42,797 nucleotides of DNA, from positions 1 to 42,797 of the forward strand of contig CAZNVT010000004.1 of the NCBI GenBank assembly GCA_964577025.1, in the 5' to 3' direction. Under the pieces are notes generated by a model that saw only the letters and a program-made list of their open reading frames with translations, was not told the DNA's origin and did no database searches. This DNA is from an uncultured Candidatus Saccharibacteria bacterium (GTDB lineage: Bacteria > Patescibacteriota > Minisyncoccia > Phycocordibacterales > Phycocordibacteraceae). Position numbers and translations under genes: made by a program. Below are positions 42,070-42,797 of this stretch, one piece after another; position 1 is the stretch's first letter, and each line of letters starts with the position of its first letter.

Positions 42070-42081
42070 CACCTCGCTCAC

Positions 42082-42154
42082 GCAAGCGTAGCTCAGTTGG
42101 TAGAGCACTCGACTGATACTCGAGCGGTCGAAGGTTCGAATCCTTCCGCTTGCA
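42082..42154 (+). tRNA. tRNA-Ile (anticodon GAU), no encoded CCA
   Basis: Hand-folded, 73 nt. The acceptor stem is GCAAGCG/CGCTTGC and the D stem is GCTC/GAGC with loop AGTTGGTA. The anticodon stem is CTCGA/TCGAG with loop CTGATAC. The variable loop is CGGTC. The T stem is GAAGG/CCTTC with loop TTCGAAT. The discriminator is A. Confidence 0.95.
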
Positions 42155-42168
42155 CTAAGAAAAATATG

Positions 42169-42195
42169 AAACGCCCCGGCAGTGCCGAGGCGTTT
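42169..42195. terminator. Bidirectional hairpin between tRNA-Ile and the convergent small ORF
   Basis: AAACGCC-C-CGGC-AGT-GCCG-A-GGCGTTT. A T-tract follows on the plus strand (TTTTGTATT) and on the minus strand (TTTCATATTTTTCTT). Confidence 0.55.
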
Positions 42196-42215
42196 TGTAT
42201 TCACACTTCAGATCC

Positions 42216-42395
42216 TTAGAAGGACCTGGTTTTTGAAATTTTTCTGTCCATCTCGGACAGTAAAGTCTCATGGACGTAGGTCTTGAGAGAAAAGCGACCT
42301 TTCTTGCGCCACACGAGGTACCACTTTCCAGCGGTCTTCTTTCTTTCTGCCTCAGTGGGTCCGAGGGTCACAAAAGGTACTTTCACAGCAAACAT
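42216..42395 (-). CDS. 59-aa basic hypothetical protein
   Basis: The start is moved to ATG 42395 (MFAVKVPFVTLGPTEAERKKTAGKWYLVWRKKGRFSLKTYVHETLLSEMDRKISKTRSF). AGGAG lies 5 nt upstream of that ATG, and a TTGACA promoter lies further upstream. I recognise no family. Confidence 0.5.
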   Translation of the reverse strand: MFAVKVPFVTLGPTEAERKKTAGKWYLVWRKKGRFSLKTYVHETLLSEMDRKISKTRSF

Positions 42396-42424
42396 AACAA
42401 CTCCTACATACGCCCGACCGTACA

Positions 42425-42453
42425 TTATTAGCATAATAATTGCATATTGTCAA
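42425..42453 (-). promoter_or_regulatory. Sigma70-like promoter TTGACA-17 nt-TAATAA for the 59-aa ORF
   Basis: On the minus strand TTGACA is at 42453-42448 and TAATAA at 42430-42425, with exactly 17 nt between them. It is ~30 nt upstream of the ATG at 42395. Confidence 0.4.
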
Positions 42454-42462
42454 ACGACAAAA

Positions 42463-42510
42463 CGCGCACAGTTGAAGGTTCTCCCGAGGGAAAACCTTCA
42501 ACTGCGCGCG
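42463..42510 (-). terminator. Strong intrinsic terminator ending an upstream minus-strand transcript
   Basis: The 18-bp arms are 42463-42480 / 42493-42510, with 17 Watson-Crick pairs. The one mismatch is A-C on the plus strand and G-U on the minus strand. The minus strand continues UUUUGUCGUUUG. Confidence 0.65.
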
Positions 42511-42797
42511 CTTTGCGTGCAACTACATATGTCTAAAAGGAAACATTTTCTTGTGTTCCGCCTATTCGAAGGTTTAGAAGCTCAATTGAGGCTTCCAATC
42601 CTCCACCGGTTCGTTTTTCCGGCGTCCGAATACTATTTAGGGATAAGTATCATTTCCCCTGTCCAGAGGCGCAATGTTGGACACTACTGATACATAGAAT
42701 AAATCCTATGCGATAGTAGCGACCAACATTGCGCCCCCGGCAGATCGACCGGATAGGCGTTCTTTCGAACTAACCTTGTTCCGATTGGATATGTTCC
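42511..42797 (-). other. Non-coding, highly structured region of unknown identity (candidate ncRNA or structured 3' UTR), truncated by the window edge
   Basis: There is no credible ORF. A rod-like hairpin spans 42668-42735, formed by a 13-bp perfect stem GGCGCAATGTTGG/CCAACATTGCGCC plus inner stems CTACT/AGTAG and CATAG/CTATG. Further hairpins lie at 42577-42595, 42606-42622, 42737-42752 and 42769-42780 (a GAAA loop on the minus strand). The region ends at the 42463-42510 terminator. Confidence 0.3.

Noticed and set aside
41837-42219. Three track ORFs (41837-42091 +, 41845-42204 -, 41962-42219 +)
   Set aside because: They overlap each other and the hand-folded tRNA-Ile (42082-42154). They have no motifs and are artefacts of an ORF-free spacer.
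42559-42581. Possible att-site direct repeat of the tRNA-Ile 3' half (TCGAAGGTT shared with 42127-42135)
   Set aside because: Only 9 nt are identical and the match decays immediately. A match of that length is expected by chance at roughly 0.2 per comparison of these lengths. No integrase is nearby.
42283-42690. 135-aa plus-strand ORF at the right end
   Set aside because: It is antisense to the SD-preceded 59-aa gene and reads through a TTGACA promoter and an 18-bp terminator hairpin. Its sequence shows no family signal.
42511-42797. Identity of the structured region as tmRNA, RNase P RNA, SRP RNA or 5S rRNA
   Set aside because: I looked for several hallmarks. They were the tmRNA T-arm GGTTCGANTCC plus a CCA-end acceptor, the RNase P strings GGAAAGTCC and ACAGAACCCGGCTTA, the SRP GGAA-capped AGCAGCC helix, and the 5S string CCGAACTCAGAAGTGAAAC. 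None is present. Only a weak ACGAACCGG resemblance to RNase P P4 was seen, and in the wrong context.
1-42797. Alternative genetic code (UGA as sense, as in some CPR lineages), CRISPR arrays, IS elements
   Set aside because: TGA terminates genes in at least six ATGA overlaps, and all housekeeping ORFs are full length under code 11. No direct-repeat/spacer array was seen, and no transposase or integrase-like ORF was seen on either strand.

Overview
This is a 42.8-kb window of roughly 50% GC by eye, using the standard genetic code: TGA is the stop in at least six ATGA start/stop overlaps. I call 38 CDS, one tRNA-Ile(GAU) and several intrinsic terminators. Every CDS except two (16859-17548 and 19102-19998) is on the minus strand. 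Left to right: (i) Two paralogous membrane-tethered HTH proteins. One is a >=1000-aa S/T/G-rich surface protein that runs off the left edge and is missing from the ORF track. (ii) Housekeeping genes gatB, obg, secA and murB, plus an unlisted 58-aa Lys/Ala-rich histone-H1-like ORF. (iii) A ~22-kb glycan island (10925-32652). It holds a WaaL/PglL-type ligase with a TPR tail and a nonulosonic-acid module (NeuB-type synthase, KdsC-type phosphatase, CMP-transferase). It also holds three SAM methyltransferases (two are TylF-type paralogues), a PhyH-type dioxygenase, a TagF/KpsS-like GT-B protein and a Wzx-type flippase. The rest is six GT4/GT2 glycosyltransferases, UDP-sugar dehydrogenase/epimerase/SDR enzymes and an embedded YvcK/CofD-family protein. 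(iv) An orphan soluble VirD4/TraD-like ATPase translationally coupled to a lamin-tail-domain/PKD surface protein, bracketed by two GC-rich structured spacers. (v) rsmI-murC-nudix-murD plus small membrane proteins. (vi) tRNA-Ile and a ~350-bp non-coding, highly structured right end. The gene content and architectures (HTH-TM proteins, LTD proteins, compact overlapping operons) look like a Patescibacteria/CPR genome. That is inference only, because no database search was possible and all family calls rest on motif recognition. I recognised no CRISPR array, transposase or integrase.
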